Assembly: GCA_041641305.1 (NCBI GenBank)
Contig: JBEPYN010000001.1
Coordinates: 1 to 64,000, forward strand
Length of the DNA stretch: 64,000 bases
Reading direction: 5' to 3'
From: Nitrososphaerota archaeon
Lineage (GTDB): Archaea; Thermoproteota; Nitrososphaeria_A; Caldarchaeales; Caldarchaeaceae
The position numbers were made by a program, and so were the translations under genes. Position 1 is the first letter of the stretch, and every line of letters starts with the position of its first letter. Under the pieces are notes generated by a model that saw only the letters and a list, made by a program, of their open reading frames with translations, had not been told where the DNA came from and did no database searches. Shown piece after piece: positions 17,329 to 27,475 of this stretch.

Positions 17329-19059
17329 TCAGTCGTCCTTCTTTATGACCTCAAAACCTTTCGGAGGGTTTATGAGAGCATACCATGGTGCGCAGGCCTC
17401 AAGCATCATTCCGCCGATAACGGCGAATATTATTCTGTACCTTCTACGGTGTCCTCTTTTTTCGGGACCTGTGAGATAAGCATCATTCAACTTGTAGCCG
17501 CCTGCGTGGTAGCGGTATAGCGAGTACCATGTGAATCCTGCTATGATTCCTGAGGCGGGGAAAAGCCCTCCTGTAGGGTAGATTATGCTTACAGCGAACG
17601 CTATCAGGGATGGTAGTGCCGACATCCAGCTGACCACGCCGTATAGTGCTGCGAGCCTGTACCTCAGCCTGATTCTCTTGTCAAACACTATCTGCATGGC
17701 TCCGTGGGCCCATCGTCTTCTCTGTTTTAGGAGGTCTTTGGTCGTGAGAGGGGGTTTCTCGTAGCCGTATCCTTTTAGAATCGTCTTTCCAGGCCTATAC
17801 CGCTGCCACATCATTAAGCCGAACATCCAATCCTCTGTCTTAACATCTCCGAAGTCCCATCCAACGGCGGCTTCGACGTCTGCTCTCACGAGTAGATGTG
17901 AACCGTGGTGTCCAAACGATAGTTTACCGTTTGTCTTGGTTGTGAGTAGTATTCGGAAGTCGTCGTAGCTACGGGAGGGTTCCTGGGCCCTTGAAGGGGT
18001 GTAGGTCAGGGAGTCGGCGTAGTTTATTATGCCGGCGGCGTAGATGTCGTGGTCGCCCGCGTTGATGATGTAGTCCATTATCCCCAGTATCGTGTCTTCA
18101 CCAACTTTTGTTTCATCATCCTGATGATATATCCATGTGTCTTTGTTTACGAGACCTTCCTCAGCCATGACTTTATTGGCGTAGACAAGTGCTCTCGCCT
18201 TGTACCTTGTCCCGTTAACTGTGTTGAACTCGCGTGGGACAATTATTACTCTCGCGCCTATGGAGGCCAACTCACTGTAGCCTTTCACGTTCGCTTCATA
18301 ATCATCTTGTTCGCAGATGATCCATTGGGAAATATCCACCATTTTTCCATGTTTCAGTTCGATGATTTCTTTCCAGAAATTTGCGGATTCTACTGACATT
18401 TTTACGGTGACGTTGTTCCCGCCTTTGGTCGGTAAAATGAAGATGACGTGTTTATTCTTCAATTGCGCAGCGTTTTTCGTGATGTTTTGCTCATTTATGA
18501 GAAAATCATCTTTGCCGAATGAGAGGTATCCGATGTTTTGGAGTATTAAATGCGGGGTGCCGATCAGCCAGCTATACTTTAGGCTGTGTGCCACAAACTC
18601 TATTCCTGTTGTGACGGCTGGGGCGCCGGAGAACAAGGTGCCCATTAGGAAAGAGAAGCCGACCAGGTCAACTACATGTTGCCGTTTCTCGTCAAAAACC
18701 GTATCGATTGATTGGTTGAAATTATCGACCGTGTATCGTAGGTAGGCCGGGTTGCTCAGTTCCTCGTGTAGGGGCCTGTGGTGGTTGAGGCTGTTGTCCA
18801 TGTTTCTGTTGTTTGCAACTACTAAAACTGCTGCGATGGATGATAGTGAGAGGTCCATCAGCAGGATTACCGACGACGGGGAAGACCTCTGCATATTCTC
18901 GTAAGCCCATTGGAAGACGGAGTTGGAGTAGAGGGCCCATGGTCTCAGGTTGGCCAGTTCATAATTGGGTATTAGTGCTGGGAAAAGGATTGAGAGCACG
19001 ATTACGGCTAAGACCCAGAAGAATAGCCGGGAAAAAGTCCTGAACAGGGTTAGCTGCAT
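17329..19059 (-). CDS. Membrane GT2 glycosyltransferase (Egghead/BRE-3-like)
   Basis: YKARAL, HQDDET, HGSHLL, TED, QRRRW; N- and C-terminal TM helices. Confidence 0.85.
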   Translation of the reverse strand: MQLTLFRTFSRLFFWVLAVIVLSILFPALIPNYELANLRPWALYSNSVFQWAYENMQRSSPSSVILLMDLSLSSIAAVLVVANNRNMDNSLNHHRPLHEELSNPAYLRYTVDNFNQSIDTVFDEKRQHVVDLVGFSFLMGTLFSGAPAVTTGIEFVAHSLKYSWLIGTPHLILQNIGYLSFGKDDFLINEQNITKNAAQLKNKHVIFILPTKGGNNVTVKMSVESANFWKEIIELKHGKMVDISQWIICEQDDYEANVKGYSELASIGARVIIVPREFNTVNGTRYKARALVYANKVMAEEGLVNKDTWIYHQDDETKVGEDTILGIMDYIINAGDHDIYAAGIINYADSLTYTPSRAQEPSRSYDDFRILLTTKTNGKLSFGHHGSHLLVRADVEAAVGWDFGDVKTEDWMFGLMMWQRYRPGKTILKGYGYEKPPLTTKDLLKQRRRWAHGAMQIVFDKRIRLRYRLAALYGVVSWMSALPSLIAFAVSIIYPTGGLFPASGIIAGFTWYSLYRYHAGGYKLNDAYLTGPEKRGHRRRYRIIFAVIGGMMLEACAPWYALINPPKGFEVIKKDD

Positions 19060-19213
19060 GTTTTCACATCCAATTCACGTGCAAACTATCGCCGCGTGGT
19101 ATAATAGGGTTTTATTGATGTAGCATGATGGATGTTGGGCTGAAGATATTTAGAAGGTTTTAGACGTTTGGCGGGCTGGCGGATGTGCCGAGATTGGCGT
19201 CTGTCTGGAGAGC

Positions 19214-20182
19214 CTATTGCTTCCACCATATTTCAGTTAATCGTTTTTTGATTAAGAGAGGCTTTAGGTATTGGATGGTTTTCTCCAGTCCATCCTCTTG
19301 GCTCATCACTGGGTCTTCGTGCTCATAGCTCATGACGTAGTCATAGCCAACTTCCGCGAACGCTGTAATGACTCTTTTCCATGGAACCTGTCCCCATCCC
19401 GGTATCCTGAACCTGAAGCCTCTATCGGGCCGTAGCCAGCTCCCCGTGGGAATGGCCCCTGATGTAGACAAGTTTTCGGCCACAAGCTCCCCATCCTTCG
19501 CATGAGAGTGGAAAATTCTCTCTCCGAATTTTTTGATGAAGACAACTGGGTCAATAAGCTGCCAAACTAAATGGCTTGGGTCAAAGTTGAAACCAAACTC
19601 TTTCTTCCAATTAATTGCCTTAAGCGCTTGCTCCGCTGTTTCCACATTATAGGCCAGTTCTTGTGGATGCACTTCATGAGCGAACTTTACGCCGCAGCTG
19701 CTATAATAGTCCAGTATCCCGCCCCATCGTTCAGCGAACAGTTCAAAATAGGATTCAAAAATCTTGTCATAACCAAACGGAAAGTTGTACCATGCACCCC
19801 AGTTGGGGCATCCGATAAAACCTACTACAACAGGCACATCAAGTAGGCTGGCCACGTCGCATGTCTTTTTCATTCTATCGATGCCATACTTCACCTTCTC
19901 TTCATGGCTTCCCATATAGACGCCATCCGTCGACGCATCATGAGGCCCTAACACCAACTGGCCCTCCAGATGATTCGATATAGCCGAAATAAGCAGACCG
20001 TTGTTTTCTACCACTCGCTTAATTTCCTGAGCTCCTCCGCCCAACGCTTTATCAATGTCTAAATGCCGGCTACCACGCCAGCACGCAATCTCAACAGCCT
20101 CGTAACCAAGAGAAGAAATCTGGGCTGCAACTTTTTCTAATGGAACTTCGTTGTACAGTACCGTGAAAACCCCTAACTTCAT
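19214..20182 (-). CDS. Sugar phosphate isomerase/epimerase (IolE/xylose isomerase-like TIM barrel)
   Basis: AHEVHP, FDPSH, HSHAKD, RIPGWG, SYEHED. Confidence 0.9.
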   Translation of the reverse strand: MKLGVFTVLYNEVPLEKVAAQISSLGYEAVEIACWRGSRHLDIDKALGGGAQEIKRVVENNGLLISAISNHLEGQLVLGPHDASTDGVYMGSHEEKVKYGIDRMKKTCDVASLLDVPVVVGFIGCPNWGAWYNFPFGYDKIFESYFELFAERWGGILDYYSSCGVKFAHEVHPQELAYNVETAEQALKAINWKKEFGFNFDPSHLVWQLIDPVVFIKKFGERIFHSHAKDGELVAENLSTSGAIPTGSWLRPDRGFRFRIPGWGQVPWKRVITAFAEVGYDYVMSYEHEDPVMSQEDGLEKTIQYLKPLLIKKRLTEIWWKQ

Positions 20183-20291
20183 AAAACCTCACCGCATCTG
20201 CTAGACCCATGGCATATATATTTTAAAAGTGGGAAAAACCATAAGCGGAGCTGGATTTTTGGGTGTCAGGTTTGAAGCCAGTTTCCTCTGC

Positions 20292-20366
20292 CGGGCCCGG
20301 TGGGACTTGAACCCACGACCTACGGCTCCGAAGGCCGCCGCGCTGTCCATTCTGCGCCACGGGCCC
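20292..20366 (-). tRNA. tRNA-Arg (TCG), no intron
   Basis: Minus strand GGGCCCG...GCGGC-CT-TCG-GA-GCCGT...GTGGG-TTCAAGT-CCCAC-CGGGCCC-G. Confidence 0.96.
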
Positions 20367-20411
20367 CGAGGCTGAGTGGTGCTGCCCGTGGTTATAAATG
20401 GTGGGGTTGGT

Positions 20412-22574
20412 TTAGAGGGTTATCAGTCCGTAAATGAAGAGGGGTATGAAGACGAGGCTTAACGTGTTGAGGAGTTTGATGAGGATGTGGAGGCTTGGTG
20501 CGTAGGTGTCTTTCATGGGGTCGCCGACCGTATCGCCTACAACCGCTGCCTTGTGCGCGTCTGAGCCTTTCCGTCCAGCTATCTCGAGGTATTTTTTGGC
20601 GTTGTCCATCGCGGCTCCTCCATAGAAGCCTAGAATAGCCAAAGGTATTGCTGAGACTGTTGCGCCGATGACCAGTGCGCCGACGGCTCTCCAGCCGAGG
20701 AATATTCCGACGATTATGGGCGTGAGTGTAACTATCAGTGTTGGCGCCACCATGAGCTTAAGCGCTGTTCTTGTGGAGATGTCTACGCATCTTCCATATT
20801 CTGGCCTGGCCTTGCCCTCGAGTATGCCTTTTATTTCGCGGAACTGTCTTCTAACCTCTTCCACCATTTGGAATGCTCCTGTGCCGACCGCTCTAACGGC
20901 ATATCCGGAGAAGAGGTAGGGGAGCATCGCTCCTACGAAGAGGCCTATCAGGACGGCGGGGCTGTTGAGCTGTAGCTGGGTCGAGAGCTGCTCGATGTTG
21001 CTGAGGAGTTTGGCTGAAAGCTCGGGTGTGAGGTGGCTCAGCTCGATAATGCCGGCCATGTATCTTCCAACTTCGAGTAGGAATGCTTGGAAAAGAAGCA
21101 GGGCTGCGAGGGCCGCGGATCCCATGGCATAGGATTTTGTCAGCGCCTTTGTTGTGTTGCCGAGTGCGTCGAGGGGCTCGAGTCTATCACGTATTGTTTT
21201 CGGCGCGTTAGCCATCTCAGCTATCCCGCCAGCGTTGTCCACAATCGGGCCCAAGCCATCCATCGTGAGGACGAAGCCTGCTGTGGAGAGCATACCCATC
21301 GTGGCCATGGTTGTGCCAAACACGCCGCCGAGGAAGAGGTCGGGCAGGCCGACGGCCCGCGCCCATTCTATACCGAGCAGGAAAGATATGGCTATTGCGA
21401 CGACCACAGTTATCACCGGCAGGGCCGTGGAAACCATTCCGACTGAGAGGCCTGAGACGACTGTTAGTGCGGGGCCTGACTCGCTGTTTGTGGCTATTAG
21501 GCTGACGTGTCGTGATTTTAGGCTGGTGTAGATTTCGCTGTAGAACATGATGAGTATTCCCGCGACCAGTCCAACAAGCATCGTGACGAAGAGGGGTAGG
21601 AAGCCGCCTCCGAAGACAATGCTCGTCACAACATACATAAGTATAGCTGCAACGATTGATGTGACGATTAAGCCGTTGCGCAAGGGTTCAATAGATTCTT
21701 TGAAGCTTTTCTGGTATAGGGCCCATCCCACGCCTGCTAGCGTCGCGACTACACCGACCGCTCTCACCACAAGGGGGAGAACGACGTATGTTTCGTTGAT
21801 TTTCTCAAAAAGTATGATGGATATGATGAGTGCTACAATCATTCCCCCGAGGTTTTCGGCTGTAACTGATTCGAAGAGGTCGGCGCCTCTTCCGGCTTCG
21901 TCTCCGACGTTGTCGCCCACTTGGTCAGCGATCACCGCGGGGTTGCGGGGGTCGTCTTCGGGTATTCCTGCTTCAACTTTGCCAACCAAGTCGGCTCCGA
22001 TATCCGCGCTCTTCGTGTAAATTCCTCCACCAAGCTGTGCGAACAACGCGGCCAAGCTGGCGCCGAAGCCGAAGCCCGCCAAAACACCCGGGTCGCGGAA
22101 AACGAGGTAAAGAATCGTAAGCCCGAGCAGGCTCATGGCTATGACCGCGAGGCCGAGGGCCGCACCACCCATGGTCGCTACGCGGAGAGCGCTCACCGAG
22201 TCTTTTGAGGCGGCGTATGTTGTGCGGACGTTGGCCCGTGTCGCGGAGTCCATGGCTATTGTTGCCGCGATGAGGGAGAAGGCGACTCCGAGGAGGAAGC
22301 TGCCACCTATCTGGAGACCGTAGACCAGCCCACCCATCTGTGGAAAAGCCGCGAAGCTGACTATGATGAGTATGAAAATGAATATGCTTATGACGAAGAT
22401 GGTTCTGTACTGGCGTTTTAGGTATGCGATGGAGCCTTCTCTGATGGCTGACCAAACCGAGACAAACTCCGGCCCACCCTTTGGGTAGCGGTTTACCAAC
22501 GCGACGAAGCCGACGGCAGACAGCGCACCCAGCGCGCCGAGGAGCAGAGCGACTGTGAGAAAATCTACCATCAT
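20412..22574 (-). CDS. hppA: Membrane-bound H+-translocating pyrophosphatase, K+-independent type
   Basis: GGGIYTKSADIGADLVGKVE, EDDPRN, DNAGGIAEM, GDTVGDPMKD; GNTTKA has Lys at the K+-determinant position. Confidence 0.95.
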   Translation of the reverse strand: MMVDFLTVALLLGALGALSAVGFVALVNRYPKGGPEFVSVWSAIREGSIAYLKRQYRTIFVISIFIFILIIVSFAAFPQMGGLVYGLQIGGSFLLGVAFSLIAATIAMDSATRANVRTTYAASKDSVSALRVATMGGAALGLAVIAMSLLGLTILYLVFRDPGVLAGFGFGASLAALFAQLGGGIYTKSADIGADLVGKVEAGIPEDDPRNPAVIADQVGDNVGDEAGRGADLFESVTAENLGGMIVALIISIILFEKINETYVVLPLVVRAVGVVATLAGVGWALYQKSFKESIEPLRNGLIVTSIVAAILMYVVTSIVFGGGFLPLFVTMLVGLVAGILIMFYSEIYTSLKSRHVSLIATNSESGPALTVVSGLSVGMVSTALPVITVVVAIAISFLLGIEWARAVGLPDLFLGGVFGTTMATMGMLSTAGFVLTMDGLGPIVDNAGGIAEMANAPKTIRDRLEPLDALGNTTKALTKSYAMGSAALAALLLFQAFLLEVGRYMAGIIELSHLTPELSAKLLSNIEQLSTQLQLNSPAVLIGLFVGAMLPYLFSGYAVRAVGTGAFQMVEEVRRQFREIKGILEGKARPEYGRCVDISTRTALKLMVAPTLIVTLTPIIVGIFLGWRAVGALVIGATVSAIPLAILGFYGGAAMDNAKKYLEIAGRKGSDAHKAAVVGDTVGDPMKDTYAPSLHILIKLLNTLSLVFIPLFIYGLITL

Positions 22575-22668
22575 CTCGGCTACTGAGGTTTTCCTTCTTC
22601 TATAAGAGTTTAATGAATTGCGTGATGCAGGGTAAGCGATATATTAGACTCCATGCTGTAACCCGTTT

Positions 22669-23283
22669 GTGGATACGGGTCTCCCTCCGGGCCAGGTTTG
22701 GGCGAGGAACTGGGTTATTTACTCAGCCTTGGGAACACCGAAAATTGATGCTGAAAGCTATAGGCTACGTGTCACGGGTCTTGTTGAGGAGCCGCGTGAA
22801 TACAGTTATCATCAGCTTCTCGAGATGGCTGATGTCGAATATGTCAAATCCTTCCACTGCGTGACCAAGTGGAGCATCAAAGACGTTAGGTGGACAGGGG
22901 TGAGTCTGAAGAAACTGCTTGAGAACTCGCGGGTTAAGAAAGAGGGTAAATGGATTATGTTTGTGTGTGCGGATGGGTATACGGCTCCTGTGCCTTTGGA
23001 GGATGCTTTGTCGGATGACGCGATTGTCGCCTTGAAGATGGATGGGCGACCGCTTGAGATTGATCAGGGTTTTCCCGCGAGGCCGTTTATTCCTCATCTC
23101 TATGGGTGGAAGAGCGCTAAGTGGCTTACTGAGATTGAGGTGTTGCCGGCATATGTGGATGGTTACTGGGAGATGTATGGATATCATGAGAGGGGTAATG
23201 TTTGGGCTGAGGAGAGGTTTAAGGGCATGGGCTTCAGACACGCATTACGGAAGGCGGCGGGCATCATTCAGCGGGGAATTTGA
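22669..23283 (+). CDS. Sulfite oxidase-like molybdopterin oxidoreductase (YuiH-like)
   Basis: LPPGQ, FHCVTKWS, GFPAR, YGWKSAKW, GYWE..GYH. Confidence 0.9.
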   Translation: MDTGLPPGQVWARNWVIYSALGTPKIDAESYRLRVTGLVEEPREYSYHQLLEMADVEYVKSFHCVTKWSIKDVRWTGVSLKKLLENSRVKKEGKWIMFVCADGYTAPVPLEDALSDDAIVALKMDGRPLEIDQGFPARPFIPHLYGWKSAKWLTEIEVLPAYVDGYWEMYGYHERGNVWAEERFKGMGFRHALRKAAGIIQRGI

Positions 23284-23809
23284 CAAACTTGGGCCAGCCA
23301 GGCCTCGCAGACCCGATGTAAAGCACAGGTTTGTAAACCCTAAGCATCCAATACTCGCCGAAATCATCCGAAGCCCGTGCATCAACAACCTTCGCCACGT
23401 AAAGCATGTGGTCACCCGTGTCAAGACGTGCCGAGACCCTGCACTCGAGATATGCGCTTGCGTCGACGAGGATAGGAGCTCCCGTGTTTTCTCCTGGCCT
23501 GTGCATCAATCCACATTCCTTTAGCTTGTCAACTGTTGTGGGCGCCGCGGGTTTTGCAAGTAGCTCCATCTTTTCAACGTGTTCGTGGGAGAGCCAGTTG
23601 ACAGAGAAGGTTTGTGACTTCTCCACAAGTTGTGTCGTGGTGTGGTTTTTTCCAAGGGCCGCTGCTACTTTGGGCGGGTTGAATGAGACGGGCATAACGC
23701 TCGAGGCTAGAAGTCCCCCAACCTTTTCCCCATCCGTTGCAGTTACCACAGCGGCTACCTGCGGATAAAAGAGCCTATGAAACCTCTCAAACGGCACCTT
23801 CTTCAACAT
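23264..23809 (-). CDS. Flavin reductase-like FMN-binding protein
   Basis: MPVSFNPP, FSVNWL, YLECRV, TGDH; probable ATG start at 23809. Confidence 0.88.
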   Translation of the reverse strand: MLKKVPFERFHRLFYPQVAAVVTATDGEKVGGLLASSVMPVSFNPPKVAAALGKNHTTTQLVEKSQTFSVNWLSHEHVEKMELLAKPAAPTTVDKLKECGLMHRPGENTGAPILVDASAYLECRVSARLDTGDHMLYVAKVVDARASDDFGEYWMLRVYKPVLYIGSARPGWPKFVKFPAE

Positions 23810-24357
23810 CCATCCTCTTCTCCAAGAATTTGACACGCTTCGTCGAGCGACGCGATTCTTTTGATGTTTGGCGCAGGCTTGACCTTCTTGTTCCAGTTCT
23901 GGTCATACAGTAGAACCATGCGCTGTGTGTTGGCTAGCTTCTCGGCTAGATGCGGCGAATCATCTATGTATACGTCGTAGACGAAGCTGGCTTTGCTTGC
24001 TTTAAGAGGAACCCAGATGAAGCGTCTATAGTTTATGCCGTGGTGTTTGAGCCATTGCTTGACGTATTCGATTGTCTCTGCGGGCCGCTGCGTCAAGATA
24101 TCCACCTCCCCGACCATGTTCAGTTTCTCAACATCCTCGGCAACATCATCCTCTATGGGCATAAGCTCAGTCCATCTCCTCCAGCTCCGGGTGATCAACT
24201 CGATGAACTCTTGACGCGTCATGGAGAGCTTAACCCAGAACTCCCACTCAGTTATCATGTCACGAGATAGACGACGCCCCGTATCCTCTTCATACAGCTT
24301 GATAATCATACCAGCGAGGTCGGCGAGCACACCGTCAACATCAAGCGCTATTTTCAT
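23803..24357 (-). CDS. HAD-family 5'(3')-deoxyribonucleotidase-like protein
   Basis: MKIALDVDGVLAD, TQRP, DVYIDDSP, WN; probable start at 24357. Confidence 0.85.
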   Translation of the reverse strand: MKIALDVDGVLADLAGMIIKLYEEDTGRRLSRDMITEWEFWVKLSMTRQEFIELITRSWRRWTELMPIEDDVAEDVEKLNMVGEVDILTQRPAETIEYVKQWLKHHGINYRRFIWVPLKASKASFVYDVYIDDSPHLAEKLANTQRMVLLYDQNWNKKVKPAPNIKRIASLDEACQILGEEDGC

Positions 24358-27300
24358 AACTGGCAGCCTCCAACTGTTTCGCCAACAGAGCCGCGATGTA
24401 AACGCTTCTAGCCTCCTCCCTGAGATATGATTCAAGAGTCGCCACGAACCTTGATGGCTTCGACCTTATCAGACGCATGCTGGGTCTCCTCCGTTTCTCC
24501 AAAAGGGCTCTTGTGAGCAAGTCAGCGGGGCTGATGCTCCTCGAGAGATTGAGAGATCTCTCCACAGTATCGAGAGGTAATTCGGTTGAAAGCTTTTCCT
24601 CCAGAATGTTCAACACATTCAAGAGCTGGCCGCTCTGCTCCAGTCCATTAAACAGAGCCCGAATACTAGATAGGCCTACTTCGTCGAGGACATTCCTCAT
24701 TTTTTCGTTACTGTAGACAGCAACGGTGAATCCTTTGTCAACCAAGTTGCTCAACTCCGCGAGAATGGGTGAAGTGGATTCGGTGGTTGAACCCATTTCA
24801 AAAACCCCGGTGAAAACCTTCTCCTCCTCCCCGTCGAAAAAACCTACACCATACAGACCTGCTTTCAGATCATCTCTGAGGAGCAGGGCAACAGCAGCGA
24901 CTGAAAGAAGCTTCAAAGCCTTGGATGGTTTTGGGAGGCTGATAACCTTCTGGCCCAGCTGCAGCGCAATCCGGTCACGAGCCAATATGTAGTCGATAAT
25001 TTTGAGGGCATAATTTCTTGCGGTCTCCCAGTCCAGTTTCCGAGCCAGAAAATCGGCATAAACCTCCTCATCGATCTGCTGCAGAATTATCTCGTCAAGC
25101 TCATCTGGCATATATTGCTCGACATCTCTGCGGAGATTTGCCCAGTCTATTTTCGGGAGATGGCCAGCGCACTCCCCTTCATAGAACCTGACAAACTTTC
25201 TCTCCGCCAAGACAATCATGTCAAACTTCATGATCATGAGAGATAGGTGGTGAACTCTCCTCATCACTATGAGGATGAATGACGCGCCGAGACGGAGGAG
25301 TGCAGTGTCGTCGAGGGGAGAGGCTTCGACAGCGTAGCCGTATGTGTAGTCGCCGTAGACACCGTATGTAGGCGTGGGAACTTCAACAACTTTTGCATCC
25401 CTTGTAACGTAGGTGCGATCACCTATCGTAAGCAGCTTTCTCCGGCCCGAGTAGATACGCCACTCAACCCTCTGCGGAAACTCTGTAAACTGTCCGAAGC
25501 CGTTTGACGGGAGCTGCGCGACAAGATGTATAACTGATTTTATGTTTCCCCTGTGAAAATCACGGACAAGGTTAGGCTCCTCACCCCATCTGAGCTTGGT
25601 TCTCTGATATTCTTCGAGAACAGGTGCTAGGGCATCGTGTCGGCGCAGCCGGCTTTCATAAATCGAGTCAACCACCACGGCTGTGACAACTCTTCCGTTT
25701 TTGCCGCCTGTCCTCATCTCTACTACGACGCCGTCGCTGCTCGGGTCAAAAGCACCAGGCTGAAACTTCTCCACCAAGTTGACATGTGAAATGTCCTCGA
25801 GGTTCCTTAGACCACCATCCTCCGTTGTTCTCCACCTCTTCACGCCATACGGCGGCGCAAACTCGTAAAAATTCATCTTAACCCATGCCAATTTCCCCGT
25901 GTAGGTTAGTTCACCGTCTTTTTCGAGTCCGAGACGTCTGAGAAAAAGCACATCCTCGCGGGGGAGCTTTGCTCTACGTTGAGGCGATTGATAGTCAAAA
26001 AGTGTTTTGAAAAGGCGTCTGTACTCGTTGTCGCGGTGTGCGAGTGTTTTCTCGAGTGGCAGCTCTGTCCATTTGCGGAAAACCTCTATGCCTCGGCTGA
26101 GTAGGTCTCTATCCCACTGGCTAAACGGTATGACTATCGTCTCTGTCCACGGTATCTCGGGCCTCCTGCCCTTACGTCCCTCTCTCTGCCAGAATTCACG
26201 CACCGTTTGGGGAAGCCCGAGGTGAACAACCCTACGTATTTGGCCTATGTCTATCCCCTGGCTGAGTGTCCGCGGTGTGAAGATGAGTTTTATTTCTCCA
26301 TCCCGGGCGGCCTGCTCTATCTCTCGCCGCTGTGCCCTGAGAAGCAGATGATGATGACTTGCAACACTCATAGATACACCGAGTTCATTACGAACTTTAC
26401 GTGCAAATTCCTCGGCCGAAGCTATGCCTGAGGTGAACACAAGTGTCAACGCCTCGTCTTCTGCATAATGTTTGATGAGTTCCGCCGGGTCTCCGAAGTA
26501 GTCGGGGAAATCGGCTCCAGCCGCTTTGGCCGCCTCCACAACCTTGAAGAAGTTGCGGCGAAACTCCTGAAAGTCGTCGAGTGCTTTGAGGACATCACGC
26601 CCCGCTCCCGCCTGTATGAGCTTATCACGCTGACCAGCAATAGTTGTCCAGATTTTTCTGAGCGATTTTCCCAAAACAAGATACGTCCTGTTTTCACACC
26701 TATACGGATGGCCGTCCACTATTGCTGTTCTTCTTCCGTTGATCTCGGTTAGAATTTGTGCAACCTCCGCCGGGTCCGCTATCGTGGCTGTCATGATAAC
26801 AAGCTGGAATCCCGGGTTGACGTATTCGTGTAGAGCTTGCATCATTCCGAGAAGGATGGCGATGGAGCGCGGCCCGTAGAAGTCGAACTCGTCGAGAACA
26901 ACAAGCCCCACCTTAGCGAGAAAATCTCTCAAAAAAGCTGGTTTACCCGCCCCGATTCTCTTCAGCTCGTTGAGTAGGTAGGCTGGATTTGTTATGACTA
27001 GGTCGGCTTCTTTAACCATGTTCCGCACAGCCCTGGCCCCATTTCTCCGCACCAGCTCCTCCTTCCGCAACGCATCAACAGCGACGGCCTTCAGACCCAG
27101 CGATGAGCAGTAGTCGCTTAGCCTCTCGATCTGGTCATTGGAGAGTGCGAGGGTCGGGTAAACAGCTAGCGTTTTGACACGACGTGAGGCTGTGTAGAGA
27201 AACCATGCCTCAGTCTTTCCGCTTCCCGTGCCAGCCTTGAGAACAAGGTTCTCACCATGTGCCAGAGCATCGAGGGCTTCTTTCTGGTGGATGTATAGAT

Positions 27301-27475
27301 TTTTTTCGGCAAGGTTTCTGCTTCTGACGTTTTCGGAGAAGGCGAGGCCTGGGAGGATATCGACGAACTTTTCACGGGCCAACTGAGGAGAAACAGCTGG
27401 TGTAACAAACTTAACATAGTCAAACCCAAGCTTTTCGAGAAGTGCTTCAGAGTCTATCAAACTCCAGCTCTTCAC
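24341..27475 (-). CDS. Large SF2 DEAD/DEAH helicase (YprA/Hrq1-like)
   Basis: LYIHQ Q-motif, GTGSGKT, YPTLAL, DEFD, TAT, QGIDIG, QREGRKGRR. Confidence 0.88.
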   Translation of the reverse strand: MKSWSLIDSEALLEKLGFDYVKFVTPAVSPQLAREKFVDILPGLAFSENVRSRNLAEKNLYIHQKEALDALAHGENLVLKAGTGSGKTEAWFLYTASRRVKTLAVYPTLALSNDQIERLSDYCSSLGLKAVAVDALRKEELVRRNGARAVRNMVKEADLVITNPAYLLNELKRIGAGKPAFLRDFLAKVGLVVLDEFDFYGPRSIAILLGMMQALHEYVNPGFQLVIMTATIADPAEVAQILTEINGRRTAIVDGHPYRCENRTYLVLGKSLRKIWTTIAGQRDKLIQAGAGRDVLKALDDFQEFRRNFFKVVEAAKAAGADFPDYFGDPAELIKHYAEDEALTLVFTSGIASAEEFARKVRNELGVSMSVASHHHLLLRAQRREIEQAARDGEIKLIFTPRTLSQGIDIGQIRRVVHLGLPQTVREFWQREGRKGRRPEIPWTETIVIPFSQWDRDLLSRGIEVFRKWTELPLEKTLAHRDNEYRRLFKTLFDYQSPQRRAKLPREDVLFLRRLGLEKDGELTYTGKLAWVKMNFYEFAPPYGVKRWRTTEDGGLRNLEDISHVNLVEKFQPGAFDPSSDGVVVEMRTGGKNGRVVTAVVVDSIYESRLRRHDALAPVLEEYQRTKLRWGEEPNLVRDFHRGNIKSVIHLVAQLPSNGFGQFTEFPQRVEWRIYSGRRKLLTIGDRTYVTRDAKVVEVPTPTYGVYGDYTYGYAVEASPLDDTALLRLGASFILIVMRRVHHLSLMIMKFDMIVLAERKFVRFYEGECAGHLPKIDWANLRRDVEQYMPDELDEIILQQIDEEVYADFLARKLDWETARNYALKIIDYILARDRIALQLGQKVISLPKPSKALKLLSVAAVALLLRDDLKAGLYGVGFFDGEEEKVFTGVFEMGSTTESTSPILAELSNLVDKGFTVAVYSNEKMRNVLDEVGLSSIRALFNGLEQSGQLLNVLNILEEKLSTELPLDTVERSLNLSRSISPADLLTRALLEKRRRPSMRLIRSKPSRFVATLESYLREEARSVYIAALLAKQLEAASYENSA

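Noticed and set aside
19110-19213. Possible C/D box sRNA in the intergenic region
   Set aside because: Only imperfect C-box matches and a single CTGA; no convincing C-D'-C'-D spacing.
16293-20366. Intact integrated element or provirus between the two tRNAs
   Set aside because: No integrase, no duplicated tRNA 3' end (att) and no viral genes seen; kept only as a possible islet.
21087-22455. Several long alternative-frame ORFs over hppA (also over fni, gltX and infB)
   Set aside because: No recognisable motifs; expected shadows of GC-rich coding sequence.
24341-27475. Helicase as Cas3 or a named anti-phage system
   Set aside because: No HD domain, cas genes or defence-island context.
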